A stretch of 64,000 bases of DNA. Source: Mobula hypostoma. Lineage: Eukaryota. This document shows, one piece after another, positions 25,300-37,878 of this stretch. Under the pieces are notes generated by a model, which ran no database searches, was not told where the DNA came from, and was given only the letters and a program-made list of their open reading frames with translations. A program made the translations under genes and the position numbers. The stretch covers positions 69,938,001 through 70,002,000 of the forward strand of contig NC_086097.1 in NCBI RefSeq assembly GCF_963921235.1, written 5' to 3'. The number at the start of each line of letters is the position of its first letter. Position 1 is the first letter of the stretch.

Positions 25300-26720
25300 C
25301 TTCCAAGAATCACTTGGTTCCGGCGTGGGACCGGAGAACTGGAAGATTGCAAAAGTCACTCCACTCCTTAAGAAGGGAAGAAGGCAAAAGATAGGAAATT
25401 ATAGGCCAGTTAGCCTAACCTCAGTGGCTGGAAAAGTGTTGGAACCTATTATTAAGGATGAAGTTTCAAGGTACTTGGAGACCAATGATAAAATAAGTCA
25501 AAGTCAGCATGGTTTCTGCAAAGGGAAATCTTGCCTGACAAATCTGTTAGTTCTTTGAAGAAGTAACAAGCTGGATGGACAAAGGAGAGGCAGTGGATGT
25601 CATTATTTGAATTTTCAGAAGGCTTTTGATAAGGCGCCACACATGAGGCTGCTTAACAAGATAAAATCCTATGGTGTTACAGGAAAGATACTGGCATGGA
25701 TAGTGGAATGGCTGACAGGCAGGAGGCAGCGAGTAGGAATAAAAGGGGACTTTTCTGGTTGACTGCCGGTGACGTGTGGTGTTCCTCAGGGGTCAGTATT
25801 GGGACCACTACTTTTCACATTGTTTGCCAGTGATTTGGATAATGGAATTGATGGCTTTGTGGCAAAGCCTGTGGATGATACCAAGATAGGTGGAGTGGTA
25901 GGTAGTGCTGAGGAAGCAATGTGTTTGCAGCAGGACTCAGACAAATTGGAAGAATGGACAAATAAGTGGCAGATGGAATACAGTGTTGGGAAATGTATGA
26001 AAATGCATGTTGGTAAAAAGAGCAGTAGTGTAGACTATTATCTAAATGGGGAGAAGGTTCAAACATCAGAGGTGCAGAAGAACTTAGGAGTCCTCGTGCA
26101 AGACTCCCAGAAGGTTAATTTACAGGTTGAGTCTGTGTAAAGAAGGCAAATGCAATGTTGGCATTTATTTCAAGGGGAATAGAATATAAAAGCAAGGAGA
26201 TAATGCTGAGCCTTTATAAGACACTAGTCAGGCCACACTTGGAGTATTGTCAACAGTTTTGGGCCCCATATTTCAGAAAAGATGTGTTGTCATTGGAGAG
26301 AGTCCAGAGGAGGTTCACTGGAATTTAGAAGAATGCGTTGGGATCTTATTGAAACCTACCAAACGTTGAAAGGACTAGATACGGTGGATGTGGAAAGGGT
26401 GTTTCCTGTGGTGGGGTATCCAGAACTAAAGGGCACAGTCTCAAAATAGGGGGGTGAGCTTTTAGAACAGAGGTAAGGATGATTTTTTTTAAAAGCCAGA
26501 GAGTAGTAAATCAGTAGAATGCTCTGCCACAGACTGTGGTGGAGGCCATCCGTTAAGGTGGAAGTTGATCGTTTCCTGATTGGTTAGGGCATCAAAGGAG
26601 ATGGCGGGAATGCAGATGTATGGGGTTGAGTGGGATCCAGGATCAGACAGGATGGAATGGTGGAGCAGACTCGATGGGCTGAATGGCCTAATTCTGCTCC
26701 TATGTCTTATGGTCTTATGG
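25300..26720 (+). mobile_element. 5'-truncated CR1 LINE (RT to 3' end)
   Basis: NYRPVSLTSV, GVPQGSVLGPLLF, VDDTKIGG; tail cctatgtcttatggtcttatgg. Confidence 0.92.
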
Positions 26721-27088
26721 TACAATCAAGAGACATATTTACTACTAACATTAATCTCGCTGGCTGGGAGAAGTAACAAAATCAGGTAAGATTTCGCTTT
26801 CATAAATTGGCCAGAAAATTGATAACTGTGACTATAATCTACCAATAATTATGTTATTCTGATCACACCTGAGTATTAATATCTACTATTTTTAATTTCA
26901 CTAGAGGCTGGTACTGCGATGTTCTAATTTTACTTGTTATTAGATCTTTACCTCACAGTCAGATTCTATCCTGATATTCTCTATTCTGTTCATTTCCAGG
27001 CAATTTTAATCAAGCTCTCCTCCACTCGACTTCATCAGCAGTTACATAGTCATCATAATTCCCTTACTTTCGCAACATCAGTTCTTAC

Positions 27089-27312
27089 TCGTGTTATTTC
27101 GCGTTCCACTTGGCGTTGCCGCATGCTGACGTCACCTCCTCTGGCACACTTGTGACTGTGCCTGACCATTTTTATTATGGACACGTATGAAAAAATCATG
27201 ATTGAAACGGGCAGGAAGAAGCAGCAGAGGAATATGCCAATAACATACGATTTGTAGGCAAGGGAGAAGGTGGTCTGAATCCAGTCGATTTCACAAGTGC
27301 CGTACATGCGAT
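27089..27312 (-). CDS. opn6: Opsin (opn6-like) exon: ECL2, TM5, ICL3
   Basis: gacctgttacag|AT CGC ATG TAC GGC ACT TGT GAA ATC GAC TGG ... ACA CGA|gtaaga, 224 nt, phase 1 to 0; (D)RMYGTCEIDW...CFFLPVSIMIFSYVSII...EREITR. Confidence 0.93.
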
Positions 27313-27914
27313 CTGTAACAGGTCAGTGTCGAGCATAATGATCAATAAAAACCAATATGTATCCATACTGATAATTTCCATCATACACAGGGCATTTATT
27401 ATGAAATTCAGATTTTGAAGGTTTTTAATTTTAGCAGCAATAACTTCTGAATTTTTAGGATTTTTGAGTATTATGTAACACTGGTCAGAACATGCAAGAC
27501 TTACATCAAAACATAGAAACAGAAGGCAGCCATTTAGGCCCTTATACCTAAGAACAAAGACCCTCACACTCTTCTGTCCACTATGTTTTATGCAAGTGAC
27601 ATAATGCACTCTCCTTTTTGTGCCGCAGTAAGTTCATCTACCACCTTGCACTCAGAAGTTTTAGTTCATACAGTGCAGTTCCTTTGATCCTGGCAGCCTC
27701 CTAATGGCCACTTTAAATAATGCTCACAGTGAGGGAGAGATGCTTTATTCCTTTTGCCAAGGTCAAGTTTGGCATGCATGGCTAATGTGCTGCACTTGCT
27801 GAATTCACTGGGACCAACAGGGGAGGACTGGCTTTAATACAGAAACATGCAAGGTCTGATGTCTCCAGCCGCGCACTCTACTTCTGGCATCCAGACACAG
27901 TGTCCTCAGTTCAA

Positions 27915-30477
27915 AATAGAATTGGCCAAATTAATTTTATTAAAATGAATGTTTTACCTAAATTTATATATCTCTTTCAGGTGTTACCCATTTTTATTCC
28001 TAAATCCTTTTTTGACTCTCTGGACTCTATTTTATCCTCCTAGATATGGAAAAATAATCGTCCGCGACTGAATAAAGTCCATTTCCAGAAAGTTAAAAAA
28101 AATGGAGGTTTAGCTTTACCAATTTTAGGTTTTATTGCTGGGCAACTAATATATGGAATCTCATGTTTTGGTTATACTACATTAATCACGAGGACTGTCC
28201 CCGGTGGGTTTCTTTAGAAGCTAACTCGGTTAATAAGTTTTCTATTATCTCCCTTTTGGGATCTTCACTTCTTTTATCCTTAAGTAAGATAACTGAAAAT
28301 GTGGTAGTCAAACATACTTTGAGGATTTGGTTACAATGTAGAGAACACTTTGATTTATTGAGATTCTCCCTTTCCAGTTCCATTTTTTAAAATTATTTTT
28401 TTAAGCCCTGAAACTGATGTAGTTTTTAAACAACAGGAAAGAATGGGCATTACATGTTTTTGGGATCTGTTTGTGGGAAGAAGTCTTTCTTCGTTTGAAC
28501 AATTGTCAACTAAATATAGTTTAGCAAAAACCCATTTTTTTCAGTACTTACAAATTGGAGATTTTCTGCGATCTCAATTATATACATTTCCTAATAGTCC
28601 TGATAAGAACATATTAGATGTAATTCTTACTATGAATCCATTCTATAATGGTTCAATATCCAATATTTATGATATGTTGTTGGGAATGAGAAATGATTCT
28701 TTAGACAAAATTAAAAATCTTTGGGAACAAGATTTACAGACCTCAATTTCTGAAGAAACTTGGAATGAGATTTTTAAATTGGTTAATACTTCATTGTTAT
28801 GTGTTCATCATTCCCTCCTACAATTTAAAGTGGTTCATAGGGCTTATATGACCAAGAATAAATTATCTCGTTTTTAAAGAGATATCTCCCTACTGTGATA
28901 GGTGTAACAATGGAGAAGCTTCACTTATTAATATGTTTTGGACATGTCCAAGTCTTGGAAAATATTGGAAGGAAGTATTCCAAATTTTTTCTGTACTCTT
29001 TAAAGAGTAATCCTTTGACTGCCCTATTTGGTATTGTTGGAAGGAAAGATACCACCTTGAAGACATCTGATCTGCATATTCTGGCTTTTATCTCTCTTAT
29101 GGCTAAGAGGGCACTTTTGTTTAAATGGAAAGATGCTGTTCCACCTAACGATGCTCAGTGGTTATGGGATGTTATGGCATGCCTAAATTTAGAAAAGATT
29201 CATTGTTCAATTTCTGAATCTAACCGCAATTTTCAAAATTTGTGGGGCCGTTTTTAAATTATTTTCATGATCTTTGACTTCTTGTTAAAGTACAGAAGTT
29301 GGTTAATAGTATATTTTATTATCTGATAAGTGTTTTTTTCCCTTTTTTTTCCTCAAAATTTCCCCAAACAGCTTCAACTTTGGTAGTGGGTGTAGATTTT
29401 TTTAAAAAATAAAATTGTTTATATTCTGTTACGTACCCCGTAACTGGGTTGCCAAACCAGCAGAAATGGATCACTCAGTTGGAGTCTGGAGTACTAGAAC
29501 TAAGAAAGTTTTATTAAAGAAACAAGCAACACAGTAATCGAAAGGATAATAAATGCAACAGTTCAGTGATGATAAACACACATGTGCACAGCATTAAGAT
29601 AACAGCATCAATCAAGCTCTATCGTTGTCTAGGGGTAAATGACCAATTTCAAAATGACTCAAAGTTCAGTCCAGTTAGTAGTTCAGTTCGCAGTAATCGT
29701 TGCCATGGCGATGGACAAGGTGGGGGAAGAGAGACATAGAATAGGAACAACTGATCATTCAGAACGGCTTCACTCACAGACCAGCAAGATGGCTCACAGA
29801 CCAGCGAGATGGCTCACAAACAGCTTTTGGGCGGGTCCTTGGTGATGTCACCTGAGGTCACCGACTGTGACCCCTCCTCCAGATGCGGTCGATCCTCTGC
29901 AGTGAACCCGGCACCCAGGCAAGGGCGGACACACACCGGGTTCCCGCTGATCGTACCTTTCCACCCTTGTCGTTGTCTGGCACTTCTCACCCACTCGTGA
30001 GAGGCGCACCGCTTCCAGGGTCTTGTTACCTCGGGTGGCGTGTGTGTCTGTCTTCGCGAACCTGTCCCTTTTTATCCCCCTGCTGGGGTATCGCCTGTCC
30101 ATCACTTCAAACAGTTCAGGGTACAAAGGGGGGAGCCGCTCCAGACAGCTCTCTCTCCCACATCCCTTCATTACACATCTCCAGACGCTGCTCCATTGTT
30201 CCTTATCTCTCCTTCCCCTGAGGGCAGGTGGCAGACCAACTGCTGATGCCACTGATGCTAGCCCAGGCCAGCAAACATCTTAATTTTATGTGTATTCTCG
30301 TAACAATTCTAATATACAAATTAATCTAATCTATATGAATATAGAGTAAGGAGTTCGTTAATGTGATTCAATATACTGTATCTGGTATTATTATTTTTTT
30401 TCTTTTGTTTTATAATATATATTCTCTTGAACTCTGTACTCTTCTATATAAAAATCAATAAAAATATTGGAAAAGAA
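27915..30477 (+). mobile_element. L1-clade LINE, 5'-truncated (ORF2 C-terminal half + 3' UTR), interrupted by a solo LTR
   Basis: KMNVLPKFIYLFQVLPIFIPKSFF, GGLALPNFRFY, LLQFKVVHRAY, zinc knuckle CDRC...MFWTCP, LNLEKI; ends aatcaataaaaatattggaaaagaa. Confidence 0.9.
29427..30305 (-). mobile_element. Solo LTR (879 bp) with 4-bp TSD
   Basis: TGTTACG...CGTAACA termini and TSD ATTC (29423-29426, 30306-30309). Minus-strand GATAAAA (about 30070) lies upstream of AATAAA (about 29510), which sets the orientation. CpG-rich. Confidence 0.92.
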
Positions 30478-30620
30478 GCTGCTAGGAGTACCTTATACTA
30501 ATTCACTGATACAATTCATAGCTGGATTTGAGGGCAAGTTGGCACCAATAATATAGATACATCAGGTCCACACAGCTCTTATGATCTATTGGAGAAGTTG
30601 AGAACATTTTTCCATCTTTT

Positions 30621-32465
30621 ATAACATAGAACTCTACAGCCCACAATGTTGTGTCAAACCAAATAAATAAATAAATAATCAAATGGCCAGATAAACTAGT
30701 CTTTCATCTCAATATCCCTCTATTTTCCTCACATTCATGTGGCTATCTAAATGCTTGTTAAAAGTCACTGTCTCTCCTACCACTCCAGCCAGTGCATTCC
30801 AGACACCCACCACTCTCTGTGCAAAAAAACTTGCCTCTCAGAAAACCTTTAAAGTTACCTCTCATCTTAAGTGCATGCTCTCTAGTATTAGACATTTCAC
30901 CCCTGGGAAAGAGATACTGTGTCCACTCTGTATATCAAATCTCCCCTCAGCCTCTGTCACTCCAGAGAAACAAGCCAATTTTGTCTAAACTCCCATGATA
31001 GCACATGTCCTCTAATCCAGGTAGGGTCCTGGTAAACCTCTTCTGCACCCTCTCCAAAGCCTTGGTATCCTACCTATAATGGGGTGACCAGAACTGTACG
31101 CAATACCAAAGACACAGCCTAACCAGTTTTTAAAAACTGCACCATGATTTCCCGACTTTTTAACTCGATACCTTGACAAATAAAAGCAAGCACTCCATAG
31201 CCTTCTTAACCACCACATCAACCTGTGTAGCCACTTTCAGAGAACTATGGACTTGGACCCCAAGGTCCCTCTGCTCATCAACACTGTTAAGGTCTTACGT
31301 TTGATCTACCAAGGTGCAACTCTTCACATTTGGCCGGATTAAACTCTGCCGTTTCTCCACCCATACATGCAACAGATCTATCTCCCACTGTATTCTGTGC
31401 CAGTCATTTACGCTATCCACAACAGCACCTATCTTTGTATCATCCGCAAACATCATACACCCATCTACATTTTCATCCAGGTTATTTATATACATCACAA
31501 GCAGCAGAGCTCCCAGTACAAATTCTTGTGGAACACCACTTATCACTGAACTCCAGATGGAGTAAGTCCCATTGAAAACTACTCTGTCTTCTATGGGCAA
31601 GCCAGTTCTGTATCCAGACTGGCCAGTTCACCATGGATCTCTTGCATCTTAATTTTCAGGATGTAGCTCCCATGAGGGACCTTGTTAAACACCTTACTAA
31701 GATCTATGTAGACAACATCCACAGTTCTACCCTCATCAATCATCCTTATCACCTTGTCAAAAGCTCAACCAAGTTAATAGGACACGACTTGCCCTGCACA
31801 AAGCCATGCTGGCTCTCCCTAAGTAGGCCATGGTTTTCCAAATGTTCATAAATCCTATCCCTAAGAGTTCTACCACTGAGGCTCACAAGTATATAGTTTC
31901 CAGGGTTATCCCTGAATCTGTTCTTGTACAATGGAAGAAGATTAGCTACCTGACAGTCCTCCAGGACCTTGCCTGTGGCTAGGTACAAAGGTATTTGTCA
32001 AGGCCCCAGGAATTTCTTCACTTGTCTCTCAACAACATGGGGTATATCCTATCAGATCTTGGGGATCTATCCACCTTAATGTTCTTTAAGAGATCCAACA
32101 CTACCTCATCCTTTACTTTCAAATACCTTAGCATATTAATACTCTCAGCACAGATCTTCCTATCCTCAGTAAATAATGATATAAAGTACTTGTTAAAGAC
32201 CTCACCAACATTCTCCTCAACCAAGCAAATTTTCTCTCCTTTATCCTTGAGTTGTCCTACCCTTTCCTTAGTTATCTTCTTGTTCTTGATGTATGTATAG
32301 AATGCCTTTGGATTCTCTTCAATCCTACTTGCCAAGGATTTCTCATGGCTGATTCTGGCTTTCCTATTTCCTTTCTTAAGTTTTTTTTCTGGCTTGTTTA
32401 TAATCTTCAAGGGCTCTGTTTGTTCCTAGCTTTCTAAGCTTTACATTCTTTTTCTTCTTGACTAA
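30621..32465 (-). mobile_element. 5'-truncated CR1 LINE with internal deletions
   Basis: ORF fragments ENPKAFYTYIK, QHGFVQGKSC, SGVPQEFVLGALL, FADDTKIG. Confidence 0.9.
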
Positions 32466-32629
32466 ATAATGAAACCCATTACACATTTTATGGAAGTCCA
32501 AAGCATACACAATAAAATCACGCTAAAAACCTTTACATAACAACGTCATCACGCCAGACCAGCCTCTTAAATTGAAACCCCCAACTCAACGACAGTGGTT
32601 GTGAATTTCTCTCAATTATGTTACCCTAA

Positions 32630-33765
32630 ACATGTGAAACACAAAGGTTTCAGAGAGAAGGCACAGGTAAGAACAGGTAAGCGTTTTAAAAAATTGTTCT
32701 GTAAATCCTTAGTCCAGAATTGGCAGAATAGTCAATGTGGTGGAACATTCTTCCTGTGAGATGTGGGATATCAGGGTATCTAACACCTCCCTGATGACTA
32801 CATCTGCAGGAAGAGAATCCAATGTCATCTGACTGACAAGGTCAAGGAACTAGAGCTGGATCTGGATGCACTCAGAACCACCCAGGAGGCTGAAAACTTC
32901 ATAGATGAAACTTTTACTGAGGTGGTCAGTAAAACAGCATACTGCAGTGCTACATTTATTCTATCCTGACTTATGGAAGTGAATGCTAGACCATTTCTCC
33001 AGCAATAGAAGAGAGACTAGAAGCAGCTGAATTATGGTTCTACAGGAGAATGTTAAAAATATCATGGACCACACACACATCAAATGAAGAAGTTCTCAGA
33101 AGAGCCCAAGCATTTCAATCACTCATACCAACAATAAGAGAAAGACAACTCAGATTCCTAGGACACATCATGCGGAAAGATGAACTAGTAAAACTCTGGA
33201 AAGATTGAGGGGAGTAAGCCTAGAGGAAGACTTCGGCTTATGTACATCAAAAGCATAGCCAGGTGGCTACACATCGAGGAAATGGAAGTCATCCAAAAAA
33301 CGAAGGATAGATCTATATGGAAAACCATGGTCAAAGTCCACATCAGATATGGTACCTAGACAGACACAGGTCACATACAGAGTGCAGGCTCAGAGAGTAG
33401 ATGGGTGACCACCAGGAGAAGTAAGGGAGGGGGGTAGATAACTCAGTGCAGGATAAACCTTGTGGCCATATCCCACAGCGACAAGTGTAAAGTCAGGCAG
33501 AGCAATAGTGATAGGTGACTCAACAGTTACGGAGACAGACAGGAGATTCTGTGACTGAGAAAAGAGACACCAGAATGATGTGTTATCTCCCAGGTGCTAG
33601 GGTCCGGGATATCTCACAGTGGCTGCAGAATATTCTCAAGGGTCAGGGTGAGCAGTCAGAAGTCATGGTACACATTGGCACCAATGAAAAAGGGAAGAGG
33701 TCCTTCAGAGTGAGTACAGGGAGTTAGGGAAGGGGCTGAAGAACAGGATCTCCAGTGCCATGCGC
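32630..33765 (+). mobile_element. CR1 5' UTR/ORF1 fragment interrupted by an RTE insertion
   Basis: CEMWDIR, PDDYICRK, KELELDLDAL; resumes after the insert with IGDS, CYLPGARVRDIS, VHIGTN. Confidence 0.8.
32929..33368 (+). mobile_element. RTE-clade (BovB/RTE-1-like) LINE 3' fragment
   Basis: Reads YGSEC*TISPAIEERLEAAELWFYRRMLKISWTTHTSNEEVLRR...RQLRFLGHIMRK...GKIEGSKPRGR. Short (agac)n tail; 5-bp TSD GGTCA (32924-32928, 33369-33373). Confidence 0.85.
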
Positions 33766-33870
33766 TTGTGTAGGATTTAGTGAATAAAACATGTGAGATT
33801 CATTCTATGTGCTTAACAAAAGTCACAGCCCTTTACTTCCAATACAAATAAAACAAAAGCAGCCACCTTA

Positions 33871-34431
33871 CAGCAATGTTGCCTCTAACTTGTAATGACC
33901 AGTGTGTGCAAAAATCATGAGCTGTGCAATTTTTTGCCTCGTGACAACAAAGTGCACACTGAGTTGTATATATAGATGTATTCATTTTAACAGTTAGCAA
34001 AACACTGTTAATAAGAACTTTAATCTCTTCTGGGTTTGATCATTTTCGCTCTTGTTCATCTGCACTTGCACAAAACATACATAGCAGGCCTGTAGCAGGT
34101 AATAAAGGATTTTCTTGCTGGAGCTTTTGCACACATTCCATATGTGATAAGTTTGCTAAATGACGCTTTAAAAAGTCAAGTTTCCAAATATCACTCCATT
34201 TCTTCCCACTTTCAAATACTCCAGAAACTTTTGCATCGTGACAAGTTGTCAACACTGTCCACTTCAGAAACCAGAAAAGGAAATGTGACTGTGCATGATC
34301 ATGAAATATACTTAACATGCCAACGAGGCTGAGAACATTTTGTGCGCAGTTTGAACTCCTTTGTGCACTCATAGCAAAAGGTGTGTGTGTGTGTGTGTAC
34401 GTGCACACACACCTTAGAGAGAACATTGCTG
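33871..34431 (-). mobile_element. Non-autonomous hAT-like element retaining a transposase N-terminal zinc-finger fragment
   Basis: Inverted ends CAGCAATGTTGCCTCTAA / TTAGAGAGAACATTGCTG. Internal frame TTCHDAKVSGVFESGKKWSDIWKLDFLKRHLANLSH resembles TTF-type fingers of hAT-related proteins. TSD not recognisable. Confidence 0.6.
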
Positions 34432-34647
34432 TGCTCTGACATCGTTACATCAGATACTGTCCCTTACAGTGAACACAACTCAATGATGGTGTTTTTGAAA
34501 TATGTAGAACAGTTTTTATTACGAACAATATGTGCCATGTGTCACCCATTACATTATCCTACACAGGCCTCTCCAGAATTCACCAAAACCAGCGGTGAGA
34601 GTGTCTGGAGCTCATACGAACCACCCAGCTTGGGTACTCTGTGCCTT

Positions 34648-34758
34648 GGTTGGAGTTACAGCAGGCGCCTATGGCTCATCCGAGGGTTGGAGTGACAGCG
34701 GGTACCTCTGGCTTGTCCGAGGGTTGGAGTGACAACGGGGGCCTCTGGCTTGTCCACG
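34648..34758. repeat. Minisatellite, 3 x 37 bp
   Basis: Unit ggttggagtgacagcgggtacctctggcttgtccgag starting at 34648, 34685 and 34722. Confidence 0.85.
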
Positions 34759-34928
34759 GGTGTGCTAACATTCCCATGGTCATGTCATGATGCAGGGGAT
34801 ATGGTCATGGAACCATCCAAGTCCTGGTGGGCCAGTTTAAGGTAATCTACAGAAATACCTTCAGGTTTATCCTTCCTATTTACAATAAAAGTCTTTTCGT
34901 CCTGTTCCAAACTGCAGAACGGGCCATT

Positions 34929-35165
34929 CTAAGGCACCTCCTCAAAAAATTCAGTTAAGATTTTAAGGCATGACCTGCCCTGGACAAATCCATGCTGACT
35001 CTCTCTAAGCAGGCCACATCTTTCCAAACATACATAAATTCCATCCCTCAGTATCCTCTCTAATAGCGTCTCTATCACTATCGTGAGGCTCACTGGCCTA
35101 TAATTACCTGGATTGCCCTTATTTTCTATCTTCAACAAAGACACTACATTTGCTCGTCTGCATTC
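34929..35165 (-). mobile_element. CR1 RT fragment
   Basis: GNPGNYRPVSLT...QHGFVQGRSCLKILTEFFEEV. Confidence 0.9.
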
Positions 35166-36118
35166 TACCAGGATTTACAATGACAGCTCCTTGAATTCTG
35201 ATGCAAAGTAACTCCCATTATCAATGAGTATAATAAAATGCAGCTGAGGATTGAGTGTCTGGATGAGCCTAACCTACTGCTGTTTCTTGCTTGTTTTGTT
35301 TAAATTCTCTTCCTTTGTTCCCCCGGTGGATAGAACATAAAATCAAAGTATTACATCAACATAATGATGGAATGAATGGGGATCAAATGTCATTTCTCAA
35401 TATCACTTGATATTGAGGTGAAGAATGGGATTGATATTGGGCATTCAATGTTTCCTATGAACAAAAATATTATTGTTTGCATTTCATATACACCACTGTC
35501 AGGCTGCTGAATGACTTGAATGTCTTGGCAATGGCAGAACCTTGCTAACTCAAGGTTTTCTTCAAATTAAAATCACAGTAACTTAAGACCTGTGCTTCAG
35601 AGCTTTCAGCACATCTTGCCAAGATGTTCCAGTGCAGTCATAACACTGGCTTCTGCTTGAAAATTTGGAAAACTATCCAGATATATCCTGGTTATCAAGT
35701 GTAAGGCAACTCAGTCCATCTAATTAGTGCCCAGTCCATTCTGAAACAGCAGCAAAGTGATGGAAGATACAAGCAGCATTTATTCACCAATGACGTTCTC
35801 ACCAATTCTTGGTATGAATTTTGTTAGAAACATTCAAAAGTAGACCAAAGAGCTGAATTCAAGAGATCAGTTGAGAGCAACTCAACATTTACTTTAAGGT
35901 AAATGTGAGGACCAAGGAAGTATGGATAAGGGAGGCACGGGAACATTTACGGGACTGCTTTGGGTCGGTGGACTGGACAGTATTCAGGGATCTGTCTTCA
36001 TTAAAACCTGTGTGGATGAGTGTGTGCCTATGAGAACTTACTGGACATACCCTAATCAAAAGCATGGATGAATCAGGAGATTCGTAGTCTGCTGAGAGCT
36101 AGGTCTGTGACATTCAAG

Positions 36119-37233
36119 CAACACACATCAAAGTTGCTGGTGAACGCAGCAGGCCAGACAGCATCTCTAGGAAGAGGTACAGTCGACGTTTCAGGCCGAG
36201 ACCCTTCGTCAGGACTAACTGAAGGAAGTGTGAGTAAGGGATTTGAAAGTTGGAGGGGGAGGGGGAGGGGGAGATCCAAAATGATAGGAGAAGACAGGAG
36301 GGGGAGGGATGGAGCCAAGAGCTGGATAGGTGATAGGCAAAAGGGATATGAGAGGATCATGGGACAGGAGGCCCGGGGAGAAAGATGGGGGGGGGTGGAA
36401 CCAGAGGATGGGCAAGGGGTATAATCAGACGGACAGAGGGAGAGAAAGGAGAGAGAGAGAAAGAATGTGGGTATAAAAATAAATAACGGATGGGGTACGA
36501 GGGGGAGGTGGGCCATAAGCGGAAGTTAGAGAAGTCAATGTTCATGCCATCAGGTTGGAGGCTACCCAGACGGAATATAAAGTGTTGTTCCTCCAACCTG
36601 AGTGTGGCTTCATCTTTACAGTAGAGGGGGCCGTGGATAGACATGTCAGAATGGGAATGGGATGTGGAATTAAAATGTGTGGCCACTGGGAGATCCTGTT
36701 TCCTCTGGTGGACAGAGCGTAGGTGTTCAGCAAAGCGGTCTCCCAGTCTGCATCTGGTCTCACCAATATATAAAAGGCCACATCGGGAGCACCGGACGCA
36801 GTATATCACCCCAGCCGACTCACAGGTGAAGTGTTGCCTCACCTGGAAGGACTGTCTGGGGCCCTGAATGGTGGTGAGGGAGGAAGTGTAAGGGCATGTG
36901 TAGCACTTGTTCCGCTTACAAGGATAAGTGCCAGGAGGGAGATCAGTGGGGAGGGATGGGGGGGACGAATGGACGAGGGAGTCGCGTAGGGAGCGATCCT
37001 GTGGAAAGCAGAGGGGGGGGGGAGGGAAAGATGTGCTTAGTGGTGGGATTCTGTTGGAGGTGGCGGAAGTTACGGAGAATAATATGTTGGACCCGGAGGC
37101 TGGTGGGGTGGTAGGTGAGGACCAGGGGAACCCTATTCCTAGTGGGGTGGCGGGAGGATGGAGTGAGAGCGGATGTGCGTGAAATGGGGGAGATGCGTTT
37201 GAGAGCAGAGTTGATGGTGGAGAACTCCTGTTA
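36119..37233 (-). mobile_element. 5'-truncated Penelope-like element (GIY-YIG endonuclease + pLTR)
   Basis: ORF 36357-37286: CKRNKCYTC...GVIYCVRCSRCGLLYIGETRCRLGDRFAEH...RLEEQHFIFRLGSLQPDGMN. Perfect 15-bp TSD TCTGTGACATTCAAG (36104-36118, 37234-37248). Confidence 0.95.
36181..36216 (-). ncRNA. Minimal type I hammerhead ribozyme motif in the Penelope pLTR
   Basis: Minus strand AGUC-CUGACGA-A-GGGU(CUCG)GCCU-GAAA-CGUC^GACU: both core boxes, stem I AGUC/GACU, short stem II, palindromic ACGU stem III and a GUC triplet. Confidence 0.8.
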
Positions 37234-37878
37234 TCTGTGACATTCAAGTCTGGTGACCCAGGACTGGGCAAGAAGATCAGGTACAACTTATGCAGGGCAT
37301 CTCAAGAACAAGGGAACAAATCCAAACAAGTTTGGATGCAGAATTGGATGTATGTCAATGCTAGCAGGGTTTGCAGGCCATTCCTTCCTACAAGGGAAAC
37401 CTATCATCAACACCTTTTATACACAATTTGAAAGGGAGAATAAAGCTACAGTTATGAGAATCCTTGCAGCATCTAGTAGCCCTGTAATCTCCATCTTGGA
37501 GGCAGACATCAGATTGTCTTTCAAGATGGTGAACCCTCTTTCAAGAGACAGGCCCCGATAGAGCACCTGGTCAGGCTCTGAAAACCTGTGCCAACCAAAT
37601 GGCCAGTGTGTTCGAAGACAATTTCCAACTCTTTTTGCTACATTCGGAAGTTCTCCCATCTACTTCAAAGGGGAACAATCATACCAGTATCCAAGAAGAG
37701 CAGGGTGATCTATGGTGATGAAGTGCTTTGAGAGGTTGGCTATAGCTAGAATTAACTACTGTCTCAGCAAGAACCTGGATCCACTGCAATTTTCCTATCA
37801 CCACAATAGGTCTACTGCAGGTGCAATCTCATTGGCTCTTCACGCGGCCTTGCATCATCTGGGCAATACAAAAACTTA

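Larger units (their letters stand above)
35930..37876 (+). mobile_element. Older Rex1/Babar LINE fragment, interrupted by Penelope
   Basis: YPNQKAWMNQEIRSLLRARSVTFK continues after the insert as SGDP...; later MKCFERL and LDPLQFSYHHNRSTAGAISLALH. Confidence 0.8.

Noticed and set aside
29639..30283. Several GC-rich ORFs
   Set aside because: All lie inside the solo LTR and show no protein motifs.
34648..34758. 37-bp repeats as a CRISPR array
   Set aside because: Head-to-tail units with no unique spacers, no cas genes, vertebrate context.
36068..37182. Plus-strand and alternative-frame ORFs over the Penelope element
   Set aside because: Antisense or shadow frames of the GIY-YIG ORF and of low-complexity purine tracts.
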